DNA of 64,000 nt from Octopus sinensis (Eukaryota), in NCBI RefSeq assembly GCF_006345805.1, contig NC_042999.1, positions 103,974,001-104,038,000 of the forward strand, in the 5' to 3' direction. Positions 11,784 through 24,631 of the stretch are shown here, in pieces (within the stretch, counting starts at the first letter, position 1; each line of letters starts with the position of its first letter). Made by a program: the position numbers and the translations under genes. Under the pieces are notes generated by a model that saw only the letters and a program-made list of their open reading frames with translations, did no database searches and had not been told where the DNA came from.

Positions 11784-13079
11784 CCCTCTTGTTAGCCAGA
11801 CCGGAAAAAGCCTACACAGGTTAGTAAGGAAGGAGGAAAAATAAAATATCGATAATAAGCCCTTAAATAAATAGATAAAATATACAGAAGCCAGCCTGAC
11901 TGACCTAACAATCAAACAACTCTTTCTGCATCACCACCATATGCCCCCACCCCCAACTTTCTCCTAATATGGAGTGTCTACATGATTTCTTTCCATGTTC
12001 TTCAACTCCACTCATAATACAAATTCAGCAGAGTTGGGGGGGGGGGAATTGAGGGTAAGTGTGAGAAGGTAGGAATTTAAATCCCTCCTATGTCTCATAG
12101 TATGTGTGTGAGAAGCTGTGTGAGGGTGCGAGAGATGGGGGAAGTAAGCCTTTCAGAGATAGACAGAGAGACAGAGACAGAATCCCCCTTAGACTCCCAG
12201 CAAACAACAAAAAAGTAGGCTAATGGATTCCAATGTATACAAAAAACCCTCACCTCACTTTCGGCTGCTGCTGCTGCTTCCACTACTGCTATAAACCTTT
12301 ATGACCATGAACATGATTACCCAGCAATGGGAGGTGGGGTATTGTTGTTGCTAAACCTCTATGTGGCCATTCAAATTGCTAGAAGTACCAGCCCGGCTTT
12401 TTCTTATACACACAGCCCTCAAGATTCATACACCCCACTTTTGTCCCCACTAGTTCAGGGTATGTGTAGAATGAAATAATAGTTCCGTGTGTACATACCA
12501 GACATCCACAAGATTTGTCTGTTCAAATTCCCTACTCCTCAGACTTTCAAGATGTTTAAGGTATGATATAGGATTGCCTATACCACACATCTTACAAAGA
12601 AAAAAATGAGAGACAAAGTGAAAAACAGATCATCGTCACCATCATTATCATTTAACATCCACTGTCCATGTTGATGTGGGTTGGATGGTTTGACCAGAGC
12701 TGGCAAGCTGGGGAGCTGTACCAGGTTCCAGTCTGATTTGGCATGATTTCTACAGTCGGATGCCCTTCCCAAAGTCAACCACTTTACAGTTTGCTGCGTG
12801 CTTTTACATGGCACCACATGGGTGCTTTTGCGTGGCACTGCATGAGCGCTTATACATGGCACCACATGTACAAAAATATGAAATACTTTATAATTACTGC
12901 CAACCACAACTTTTTAAATGACCCAAATGTGATTACCTTTTAGCATTTACTTGTTTCAGTCATTGGATTGCAGTTATGCTAGTGCACTCCTTTGAAGGGG
13001 TCAAACAAATTGACCCCAGTGCTTATTGTTTTTAAGCCTATCAATCTCTCTTGCCAAACTGCTAAGTTACTGGGACATA

Positions 13080-13295
13080 CAAGTGGGTGCTGAAAAGTTC
13101 CTGGCTTTAAGGGTGTTGCAAAAGACCTGGTTGGAGGCCCAACCTTCGGAGTTCTTTTACAGGGCTTAGAAAGCTGAAGGACCGCTGCAATAAGCGTGTG
13201 AATCTGAGAGGGGAATATGTTGAATAAAATCATAATTAACTGATCATCCTGTACTTGCTTTTACTGAAAGCCAGGAACTTTTCAGCACCCCCTTG
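13080..13295 (+). mobile_element. non-autonomous mariner deletion derivative inserted at a TA in a SINE
   Basis: TA TSD; TIRs CAAGTGGGTGCTGAAAAGTTCCTGGCTTT / AAAGCCAGGAACTTTTCAGCACCCCCTTG; retains a mariner transposase C-terminus GLRKLKDRCNKRVNLRGEYVE*. Confidence 0.9.
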
Positions 13296-13681
13296 TAAAC
13301 AAAAAGGTGGTCAAACAATGGTGGGGGTCAAACACAAACACATACATACATATGTATCATCATCATCATTCTTGAACGTACATTTTCCGTGCTGGCATGA
13401 GTTGAGTGGTTTGACCAGTGCTGGCAAGTAGGAGAACTGTACCAGGTTCCAGTCTAATTTGGTTTAGTTTCTATGGCTGGATACCCTTCCTAACACTAAC
13501 CGCTTTACAATGTGTGCTGGGTGCTTTCAGCGTGGGACCAGCACAAGCACTCTCATGTGGTGCCAACACGAGTGCTTTTTACATGTCACTGGCACAGTGT
13601 TCTTGCAGATCAATCCTCTTTATCAGAGTAGCATACATACATATATAAAAATATACATATATACTTATATATATATAAATA

Positions 13682-13922
13682 CAGGGTTGGCCAAAAGTCA
13701 CCCAACAGTAAATCTAAATTCCATAAATACTTTATATTCAATTTCATTTATTCATTCCAATTATGAATGTTTAACAATTGAATGCTGTGAATTAAAAAAA
13801 AACAAATTTTTTTTTCCAACATTTATTTATTATTAGCTAAGTCTCATATAAAACAATATTTTGTTTTAATCTTGGAATAAAATGGTTTTGATTTACTGTC
13901 AGATGACTTTGGCCCAACCCTG
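13682..13922. mobile_element. Tc1/mariner-type MITE
   Basis: TA TSD; about 34-bp imperfect TIRs CAGGGTTGGCCAAAAGTCA... / ...TGACTTTGGCCCAACCCTG. Confidence 0.85.
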
Positions 13923-14460
13923 TATGATGGTCTTTCTTTCAGTTTCCATCTACCAAATTCACTCATAAGACTTTGCTCAGCTAATTGCTACTTATAGTGA
14001 GTTATCTAAATAGTTGCATTTGTACCTCTATTCAATCTTAATCAAGCAGACCTATGATCAACAACAATATTCCATTCGTGACCATCTTGCCTTTTCCTGT
14101 TTTTTTGTTGTTTTTTTTTTCTCCATACATAATGTACTCAGAATTACATTATCCAAGCAATTCTTTCTTTGTAAAGATACAATCCAGTATTATTTTTTTT
14201 TAAGACATAAACCAGCTGTAAAAACCATGCCAAAACAGACAGTGGAGCTCAGTGCAGTCTCCTTGCTGGTGAGCTTCTGTTAAACCATCCAACCCATGCC
14301 AGCATAGAAGACAGGCCCAGCATAGAAGACAGGCATTAAATGATGATGATGTGTGGGTTGAAGGATAAAGAGTAGAAGACACTTGCTCATGGTTAAGAAA
14401 CAAGCTTCTTAACCACTCAGCAACACCTAATCTTCATTTTTTAACTGAAATATTTTGTAA

Positions 14461-14517
14461 TCTCTACATTCTACATCTATCTCTACATTCTACATCTATC
14501 TCTACATTCTACATCTA
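14461..14517. repeat. 19-bp unit x3 (TCTCTACATTCTACATCTA)
   Basis: three exact tandem copies. Confidence 0.9.
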
Positions 14518-14720
14518 TCACTGTAATTTTCATAAATTCTGCCACTTGCAAAATCTAACCTTGTTCTTCAGTTTTTAGAAATGTATGGGTGTGAACTGGG
14601 CGAAAACTAGCCACTATTTCAAGCAGAGTAAAACTTGTCTGTGAATTAGTTGATTTGAAAAAAGTTTAACACATTTTTTCAGCTTGATCTGTTCTTACAC
14701 ATAAATATATACATATATTA

Positions 14721-15109
14721 CTCTTTTACTTGTTTCAGTCATTTGACTGCGGCCATGCTGAAGCACCACCTTTAGTCGAGCACATCGACCCCAAGACTTA
14801 TTCTTTGTAAGCCTAGTACTTATTCTATCAGTCTCTTTTGCCGAACTGCTAAGTTACGGGAACATAGACACAACAGCATCGGTTGTCAAGCGATGTTGGG
14901 GGGGGGGGGACAAGCACAGACACACAAACATACATATATATATACATATATACGATGGGCTTCTTTCAGTTTCCGTCTACCAAATCCACTCACAAGGCTT
15001 TGGTTGGCCTAAGGCTATCTATAGTAGAAGACACTTGCCCAAGGTGCCACACAGTGAGACTGAACCCAGAACCATGTAGTTTGTAAGCAAGCTACTTACC
15101 ACACAGCCA
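14721..15109 (-). mobile_element. SINE family A copy whose downstream flank (14511-14720) is shared with the copy at 42290-42681
   Basis: reverse homology to 301-680. Confidence 0.85.
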
Positions 15110-16462
15110 ATTTAGTTGAAGTTATTTATAAATTTGGACAACCTAGTTAGTAATAATAATACATTTGGGGATGGAGGAGGCAGTGAGGAGGTGAAGAAAT
15201 ACTCTATCTAGACAATGTGGCATAAGACCAGCTACTGAGCAATCAAAATATTGATTCTCATTAGAATTCCCATCAACACCAATACAGCCAACTTTTATTT
15301 ATATTGATGAACAAAGAGAATTTATTAATTCAGAAAGTTTCCTAGGAATAGGCAAAGCCGTATGGTTAAGAAGTTCACTTCTCAACCATGTGGTTTCAGG
15401 TTGTCTTTCTTGTATCCCAAACTGATCAATGCCTCGAATGAATTTGGCATGTGAAAACTGCACAAAGCCTCTGTGTGTGTGTGCACGCATGTGTGCAAGT
15501 GCACGCATGTATGCACATGCATACATGCACACCACATGCATACTCATGTGTGAATGTTTAAATTCTGCTCTTTCAAAGACATGGAAATGGAAATCCCTTA
15601 CATGACAAACAGGTAAGGATTAGAGACAGGAAGTGCATCCAACTGTAAAGCTTTGCCTTAATAATACATAATATATCTAACCCATGCTAGCATGAGAAAA
15701 CAGATGTAAAAAAAAATAAGCTAATGTGTAGTAAGTTTTATATATATATATGTAGTAAATTTATTATCTAAATGAAGTTTACCACTATGTAAAGTAAAGG
15801 AAAATAATAATGTCTGCTTTTATTGATATTAGGTATAAATATAACTACCTGGTTATCATCAACATTTAATGTCCATTTTCCATGCTGGCATGGGTTGGAT
15901 AGCTTGATAGAAACTAGCAAGGCCAGAAGCCACACCAGGTTATCATAGTCTGTTTTGGTTTGGTTTCTATGGATATATGCCCTTCCTAATGCCAACCACT
16001 TCACAGAGTGTACTGAGTGCTTTTTACATGGCACCATCACCAGTACTTTTTTATGTGGCACCTTGGTTTTAGGATTTCAATTCTATGATGAAGTACTCTA
16101 AATCTAAGAATTTAGTAAAATAATTTTGTCACTAGAAAGTCAGTGTCTGGAACATAAATTAATTGAAATTTTGATGGACGGTTTTAATTTAGAGCATGTT
16201 AAAACCAGAAGTTTGTATGATAGAACCAAGGTATCAAAAGAGTTAAAGGCCACCATGATAAAGTGTGAAAGAATGAACAAACAAGAAGAGTAGTTGACAG
16301 ATTAAAAAGTAAGTTGTGTTTCAGATAGAACAAATTAGTAAGGGTTGTAAATAGGAGAAGGAACACTGGCAAAAGAAACAATGAGAACCTCTCTTGGGGA
16401 TTATTTGATCTGCCAGAAATAGCAGCAAAATCTCCTTCAAATCACCAACCATAGTCTTATTA

Positions 16463-16840
16463 CCTTTTATTTTGTTTCAGTCATTAGACTGTGGCTATGC
16501 AGGGGCACATCCTTAAAGAATTTTAAATCAAATTGATCCCAGTACTTAACATTTTTTAAAAACCTGGTGCTTATTCTATCTTTCTCTTTTTGCTGAACTG
16601 CTAAGTTATGGGGATGTAAGCACGCCAACACTGGTTCCCAAGCCAGTGGTAGGGAACCAACACAGACACAAAGGGACACACACATATGACTAGCTTCTTT
16701 AAGCTCCTGTCTTCCAAATTCATTCACAAGGCTTTGGTTGGCCCAAGGTTATACTAGAAAACAATTGCTCAAGGTGCCACGCAGTGGAACTGAATCCTGA
16801 ATCATGTAGTTGTGAAACAAACTTACCACACAGCCACACC
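16463..16840 (-). mobile_element. SINE family A, diverged copy
   Basis: reverse homology to 301-680. Confidence 0.75.
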
Positions 16841-17751
16841 CACATTTTTCTCCCCTTTCTGGACAGTAGGATGTGATTTGAGAGAGATTTGACAGTTAAT
16901 TCTAACAGGTCAAACAAACACCACACACAGCAATTCTCAAACGGTGCATGAACAGCAATAGACCGATGCACTTTAAGATCTAGCTACTGAGAAAATGCTA
17001 AAATATATATTTTAAGAAAAATGTAAATAATACAGAAATTGTAGATTAAAAAAAACCTTACAACTAAGCTTTATCTATTGAACAAAAGACCTAAGAACTT
17101 AATTTTCTGTAATTTATATTTATAGACTAAAAATATATAAATACATTTTTTAACTTGCTCTAAAATATGCTTCAAGCAAAAAAAAGAAAAAGTTTAGGAG
17201 CAACTCACATAAAGGCTTGTGTTGTAGCATTCTATTTTGGCAACAAAGTTTTTTTTTATTTCTTTGTATGAAAGGCACATTGTATGAAGCATGTGTTAAG
17301 TATGACACAGCTAAGTAACAAGCAATTTACAGCACTGAGTGTAGAAAATCAATAGAAGTTAGAATGAAATATGTGATGCATGCATCATCCATTGGATGTG
17401 AAACAGTATTAACTTGCATAAAAAAAAATAGAAAAGGCACAGTAAAAGGTAAGTAAAGAGAACAGTTGGTCATTAAAAGACTGCGAGGTTATGAAAAAAA
17501 AGTGTTGTGAGCATTAACAGTTGTTGCTGTTTAGCCCTATTTATCCCTTTAGCTTTTAAACTGAGCATATCAAGCCAAAATATTGTACCTGTTTTTATGT
17601 TCAAACTGGCCAGATCCAGCCTCTCACACCTACCCTACAATATTAGCCTTAACATAAATATTCACATAATCAAAATCTCAACACTACAAGATGATGCAGG
17701 ATAAATTCAAAACAATATGAATAAACAAGTTCTTGTGGAGGTAGTGATAAG

Positions 17752-18033
17752 GGACCAAGACCCTCAGCAATATACCATGCTTGTGTAGACCTGTCAAGCC
17801 CAAGTGAGACCATAGTTGGTGGCCAATGCCAGTGTCAGGTCAATGGCACCCATGCCGGTGGCACATAAAAAACACCCACTACACTCTTGGAGTGATTGGC
17901 ATTAGGAAGGGCATCCAGCTGTAGAAACCTTTCCAAATCAGATCGAAACCTGATGCAGCTCCCCGCCTTACCAGTTTTCAGTCAAATTGTCCAACCCATG
18001 CCAGCATGGAAAGCAGACGTTAAATGATGATGA
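17752..18033 (+). mobile_element. SINE family C with tail TCCAACCCATGCCAGCATGGAAAGCAGACGTTAAATGATGATGA (RTE-like (GAT)n end)
   Basis: the same tail recurs in reverse orientation at about 7650, 12630, 13360, 15850 and 43433. Confidence 0.75.
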
Positions 18034-18888
18034 ATATTCATTTGACGGAAAAATCTGAATGCTAATGGGTTAGAGTGTGATTAAGTAACTCACAGATGTT
18101 TGTACTCTTAAACACAAGTTGAATCGGTGTGACTAAGGTAGTCCTTTGACAAGCTCCCACACAGTAACTGTTCATTTATAAGGATTAGGTCATTGCCGAG
18201 ACACCTTTCCCAAGTCTGTCTTGAATGAGATGAACTTTTGATAGAAAGCATCCCAGCAGTGAACATACCATCTTATTTTTATATCCAGTCTACATTATCT
18301 GATGTGTCCTATGAAGCGATGTAAAAATAATCTGACAACTACATCTAGCAGGTCAAACAATCACATAGGAGCTCCCTTTACCACTACCACCTTATAGGAT
18401 CTGACTTCCTTGTTGCTGACATTTGAAGGTATTTGTGTCAGAGCAAGGCCAATGAAAACATGGGAAGTAGTGAAATTAGATCTCCAGATGTTAGCTAACA
18501 CAGATGAGATAGCACAAAATCAAAGACTAACGATGAGACATGCTCTACTGCAGACCCAATCAAGCCATGCTAGTATGGAGAAACAACGTAAAATCAGACT
18601 GAAATTGACAATGATAATGATTTTCCAATGGAATATACAGCAACTACAAGAAGAGAAAATTATAACACTACAACCAACAATAGGTGGTGCAATCAAGTAT
18701 AACAACTAACAGCAATAATGTAAAAATCACACATCCTTATATTCCACAACCCTACACAGTGGACAGGCTTTTGTTTGTCATGTAAGTAATTTGGAGATCT
18801 CACTAGGGTAAAATCCTAATCTTCTGTATCACAAACATAGGAATCGAAAAAAACTTAGATAAAAAACAGGGGGGTGGGGAAATGTTAC

Positions 18889-18898
18889 CTTGGACATG
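18889..18898 (-). CDS. candidate 10-nt micro-exon (HVQ)
   Basis: ctgtcttttatctcttctttctag|CATGTCCAAG|gtaaca; very strong polypyrimidine tract. Confidence 0.4.
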
Positions 18899-19355
18899 CT
18901 AGAAAGAAGAGATAAAAGACAGGAGTTCTGGGAAAACTTCCAATTAAGTTTATATCAAAGATCAGGTTTTAAATATGCTCATCATAAACACAAATTACAC
19001 AATAGAAAAAAATAATTTCAATTGGATTCGAGATGTAAATTTGTGTGTGCACACTGCAAGAAATAACATAATTCGCACAGAAGTTTTACCTCGAGTGTGT
19101 GTATGTATGTCAAAGGAAGTTATTTTATGGCATTCTTTTGTTTGAAGAAGCAAAGTTGTCAACTCAACATATATGGGATCATGTGGTTGTTCATGAATTT
19201 CCATAAAATTGTTTTAATTTCTGTATACTTTAAAGAGAGCAGAAATTGAAAGAGAGGATAAAGTGAAAAGGCAGGATTTGCTTTGAAGTGAAAGAAGAAA
19301 GTAAAAGAGGAGAATTGTAAGAAATTGTAAGATGTACGTGTATATGAAATGGACA

Positions 19356-19388
<33 letters not shown>

Positions 19389-22386
19389 GTGAGTGAGTGA
19401 AGGTGTGTGTTGTGATGTTTGAATTTTTTTGCATGTCCCTGAGTGTGTCGGTAGTCACAAAAATGAATGTATACTGACAGACACATACACTGTCACAGAT
19501 ATACCTGTCAGTCATCGGCCTAACGTAGGTAAAAAATGAGCAAACACACTCATATAGAAAATGTGTTGTCATTGTCGTGGTGGTGATATAAAATATCATT
19601 TATAATAGGTGACTAAAAGAAAAATGACAATGTTAAATTTTTGTAATGCAAACATGTGAATGAAAATATAGTTTAGTTGGTAACCAAAAGCTACTGAATC
19701 TTTTGATACCCCACATACCAAAATTGGCTACTCGGTTTTGGAATGCATAAGGAACATACGCACACACACACACACAAACTATCTTTTACATATATATATA
19801 AGATGTATGCGTGTGTATGTGTGGTCTTTGTGTCTGTGTTTGTCCACACCACCACTTGACAACTGGTACTGGTGTGTTTACGCACCCCTAACTTAGCAGT
19901 TCAGCAAAAGACACTGATAGACTAAGTACCAGACTTTAAAAAAATAAGCACTGGGGTCAATTCGTTCAATTGAAATGAGTCATGGTGTTGCTCCAGCATG
20001 GCCGTAGTCCAATAAGTGAAATAAGCAAAAGATAAAAGATACACATACAATAGCAAAGACACATCTTAAAACACACATCATACAGCACACATACACAAAC
20101 ATCTTATACATATGCCTAAACATCCTATCCCACGTGTACACACACACATCCTTACAGCATACCCACCAACCTACCACAGTTGCCACAAGCTATAATAATC
20201 ACATACAACTTCTCTAATCTGTAAGCCATTTGACAAAATTAATATCTCAAGAGTCAGCTAATCCTAATCTGGAGTATTAACAGTTACTCACCTATCATCA
20301 TCATCATATTCATAATCACTATCATGAGCCCCGCACTTCATCACAATAATCGCCACCACCATCATCGCATTCATCATCACCACCCTCATCCTAAGCATCG
20401 TCTCATTACAAACATCATAGTCGTCATTATAATCTTCAATTCATCTCTGTCAGCTGTAAGCTAGTCACAATAATAATGCTAAAACAAATCTCATATTTCA
20501 AGGTTACTGTCGCAGAAACCAAAATTGTAAAAAAAAAGAGAGAAAAAAGTCATAACACTTCTCAGAGATACTACCAATACAATCAAGCTTAAAGCAATAC
20601 CTCCACATAAGACACTCCACTTGCTAGAAACAGCAGCCAACTCTCCAAGAATCTGCTAATGAAGGCTGGAATCCCACTTCATGACATCTTGAACAAATGG
20701 CTTCCAGCAAGGTTGACCTGGTGTTAATTACTACAATACACAGTTCTACACGATTACTCAGTTTGCAAGAAATAGTAACCAAGTCTCTCTTAATGATGAC
20801 CCACCATCTTGAAAACAATGAAGGACACATTAGGTAATGGTCGCCTTGCTTGATCAAAGTTCAGTTGGAACTAAACAACTATCAAAAAAAAGAGATTATG
20901 TATGGCTGATGAAGCACAATAAGATTGAAACATAATTGTAGCATCTTGCCTGCTATCAAAGATGGGATTTCTCCACCGAGCTTAAAAATTCAAATTTCTG
21001 TAAAATTAATTCTTGATATCCTGACATTATCTCCCCTCCCACCACTTTTTCTTTTTTTTTTTTTTTTTTTTTGAGTTATCAATGACTGAAACAAGAAAAA
21101 GATATAAGGAGGCTATACAGTTTTTGCTAACCAAATTGATTCACTCACAAGGAAATGGTTAGTCTGAGGCTATAGTAGAAGATACTCGCCCAAGATGTTG
21201 TGCAGTGGGACTGAATCTGAAACTGCATGGTTTTCAGAGTGAGCTTCTTAACTGCACAAAGAATTCTGGAATTTTCATGGCTAAAAACATCTCTTATAGT
21301 ATATCTGCTCAGTCAGGGTTGACTCAGGGTTAACCAAGAATGAGCAAAGCTAATCTCTCTGACCAATAAACTATCCCTTATTATTTATGAGACACTTTTG
21401 CTTCAGTATTTGAGGCACTTTTCCATCTATAATACTGGGTCCTTGACACACATTTCATGTCATGAAACGAAGTATCCAGTATCGACCCATTGACCTATTA
21501 AAGGCTGACAGACATTTTGAAATTTTATACAATATATTGAACATAAGCGTTCAATGACATTTGATACTATAAGCAGAAAAGAAATTAATTACAAGATCAA
21601 TCCCGGCCTAGATATAGTTATCAACATTACACAACTAATATTAATTTGACAAGCAATATTGTTGCCACTGTTATTAGTGTTTATCCACAACTCAGTCTTT
21701 CTGAGATTAGGATCAAAGGTATTCCATCTGTACCAGCCAGGCACTGCCTATTACAGCCTCAATTATCTTAGTTCTCGCTTTCACCCTTTAACTGCGAAAT
21801 TAAATTTTATGGTTATTCTATTAATGATGTTATTATTTAGATTTACAAAAGAATAGAATTGGTATTTTCTGCAAGTCATGTTTCCTCAATAAATTTGACA
21901 AATCTCAACGACAAAATAGTTTCACACATAACATTTCTCAACAAGACAGATTGGCATATCAAACTGCCTTAGTCACAGGTAATGAAAGACAGTGTAAGGA
22001 GTAGGTACATTCTCTCAGAAAATTCATAAAATACTGCTTGAGAAAATTTAAGGCATATGGAATTATTTTGACCACTAGCAGCAGTGGGGAACACTCAAAT
22101 TGTGTATGCTACCATTGTTGTTGCTGTTTACCTCAAGTTAGCACTGACTTAGCACCTAATTAAAAATCATTCAATTTGTGACCAGCTTAGTTTTTGGTCA
22201 TGTATAGTGCACCAAAGACTATATTATGTAATGTGCCATTTTTGTTTTTCTTTTTCAAGAGTGAAACTTAACCCTTTAGCATTCAGATTACCAATAAAAT
22301 GTAATGCTTATTCATTTTATCTTGTAGCTTAAAGATTTCAATGGTGAAATTGTTTGTTTTTAGAATGGTACTATAAGATAGGTGTG

Positions 22387-22758
22387 TGGAGGTGTAATGG
22401 CCCAGTGGTTAGGGCAACAGACTCACGGTCGTAGGATCGCAGTTTCGATTCCCAGACTGAGCGTTGTGAGTGTTTATTGAGCAAAAATATCTAAAGATCC
22501 ACGAAGCTCCAGCAGGGGTGGTGACGAACCCTGCTGTACTCTTTCACCACAACTTTCTCTCGCTCTTTCTTCCTGTTTCTCTTGTACCTGTATTTCAAAG
22601 CCTTGTCACACTCTGTGTCAGCCTGAATCTCCCTGAGAACTACGTTAAGGGTACACGTGTCTGGAGTGTTCAGCCACTTGCAGGTTAATTTCACAAGCAG
22701 GCTGTTTCATTGATCTGATCAACTGGAACCCTCGTCAACTTAACCGATGAAGTGCCAT
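22387..22758 (+). mobile_element. full-length tRNA-derived SINE family B with a 15-bp target-site duplication
   Basis: A box TGGCCCAGTGG, B box GTTTCGATTCC; TSD TATAAGATAGGTGTG at 22372-22386 and 22759-22773. Confidence 0.92.
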
Positions 22759-23156
22759 TATAAGATAGGTGTGAGAGGCCTGGTTTAGTCAGTTTGAACA
22801 TAAAACAGGTACAATATTTGGGGCAGATATGCCAGTTTAAATGCTAATTGATTAAAGGAGATTTGCTGCTATTTCTAGCAGTTTGAATAACCATCAGAGA
22901 ATTCGTTAACTTGTGTATTCTAATGCAACCAATGCCAAAATAGAAAAAGCAGATGTAAACATGACAATGATAATAATAGTATATACAAACATATACCGGT
23001 TAGTAAACTGAAACTTGAAAGTTACTCACTATCAACCTTTGCCATATAAAAATTAATATGCCAGCAACAAAAAAAGTGCTGAGGGATCCTGTTTTTTTCC
23101 TTTTTGGTTCTTAAAGTGGAGAGGCTACAGTTGAATGCCTTACCTAAATTACATAC

Positions 23157-23171
23157 CAATCAAATCAGAAA
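23157..23171 (-). CDS. possible 15-nt micro-exon (SDLI); phase not compatible with the core chain unless further exons exist
   Basis: tatttctcatcttctacatag|TTTCTGATTTGATTG|gtatgt; alternative donor AG|gtaagg at 23144. Confidence 0.25.
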
Positions 23172-23604
23172 CTATGTAGAAGATGAGAAATAATAGTTTA
23201 CCAAGCTGTTACAAGCAGTAGTTATGAGCCTTGTCCAAGTATGCAACACAACAGCTTTTGTAGTATATTTTAGACTCTATATATACTACATAGTTAGCAG
23301 TTCTCCACCTTAAATTTACATATAATCACTACATATCAATACAACTCTCTCTCTCGCCACATGTCACTTGGCATGATTATACACACACATTATCAGGAAA
23401 AGCAAGAAAATATGAAAACATGCAGTTACACCTGGTCCCACCAACTAAACACACGTACACAATTATTTGTAAAATGTGTATGTGTTCTTTTTATAACGTA
23501 AGTACAAATGAGTACATGCTAATCTTTGTATAAGTTAGGATTAGGATTTCCTGTCATCAAAGGATTCACAAATGAAAAAGATGGGTATCATCGATAATGG
23601 ATTG

Positions 23605-23970
23605 GGTACTTTTTGGTTATGTCACCCCCATTAAAAAATTACCATTAAAATATTGGGTTACCTCCCCACTAACAAATCAAGTAAATGTGGCAACAAGAGA
23701 TTGGATTGAAAGACTTAGGTCCTTTTGATTCAATACTTCAACACATTCTTGACGTTTGTCCTCCTCAATAAACATGGTATGATTTGTTATTAAAATGTTG
23801 TTAGATTCAATAAGATGATTAATTTTTTCAGTTTTCATGTTTATTTTTTTTTTGTTTTATTGAGTGTCAAACAATTTTTTTTTAGATGGGGGAGATAACT
23901 AAAAGCACCAATATTTTTCATAAAACGATAACCCAATATTTTAATGGGGGTGAGATAACCAAAAAGTACC
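23605..23970. mobile_element. Merlin-like MITE
   Basis: TIRs GGTACTTTTTGGTTAT.TCACCCCCATTAAAA; exact 8-bp TSD ATGGATTG; GGTAC termini fit the Merlin GGNRM pattern. Confidence 0.8.
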
Positions 23971-24597
23971 ATGGATTGAACACTATGCATACTCATCATT
24001 GAAACCAATAGATGATCCACTTTCTATGTCCACCTGCCAGTCTATCTGCATATTGCTGCAATTTGCATTGGACTTTTTAAAACCAACCAATAGACTTTTC
24101 ACATCAAGGTCAATACTACACAGCATAATACCAGCTCATCACTTCACTCAAGAGATGTGTTCCTACATGCAAACATACACATACACACTTTTTACTTTAT
24201 TCTTTAACTGATTTCAGTTATCGAACCATAACTGTGCTGGGGCACACTACCTTGACAGATTTATATTTGAAAATATCCATCCTAGTAATTATCTCAGTCT
24301 GGACTTATTTTATTAACCCATATTTTAACAAGTGGTTAGATTACAGTTTTAACACATTAATATTTTTTCGATTTTTTTTGTCTTTTCTTCTTTTAGTTGG
24401 CAGCATTGTCAAACATATAAACACAAACACACAAACTTATCATCATCATACATCTGTTTTCCATCAGGCAGAGAAGACTGCACCAGGCTTCATTGTCTGT
24501 TTTAGCATGGTTTTTACAGCCAAATGCTCTTCCTAACTCCAACCACCTTACAGATTATATATTGGATTTGGTAGACGGAAACTAAAAGAAGCCCATC

Positions 24598-24631
<34 letters not shown>

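Noticed and set aside
17060-17240. Two further AG...GT micro-segments (13 and 23 nt) on the minus strand
   Set aside because: Weaker signals, and including them introduces stops in the only consistent frame; such motifs occur by chance in AT-rich DNA.
18410-18709. 99-aa plus-strand ORF and overlapping 61-aa minus-strand ORF
   Set aside because: No recognisable motifs or clear splice sites; possibly a decayed repeat.
20292-20453. Segment bounded by minus-strand acceptor and gtgagt donor
   Set aside because: Degenerate (GAT)n microsatellite with stops in all frames.
20906-20940. CTGATGAAG...GAAAC...GTA hammerhead-like string
   Set aside because: Stem II and stem I cannot be formed convincingly.
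22387-22460. tRNA-like heads of SINEs as tRNA genes
   Set aside because: A/B boxes are present, but there is no complete cloverleaf and the sequences continue into SINE bodies.
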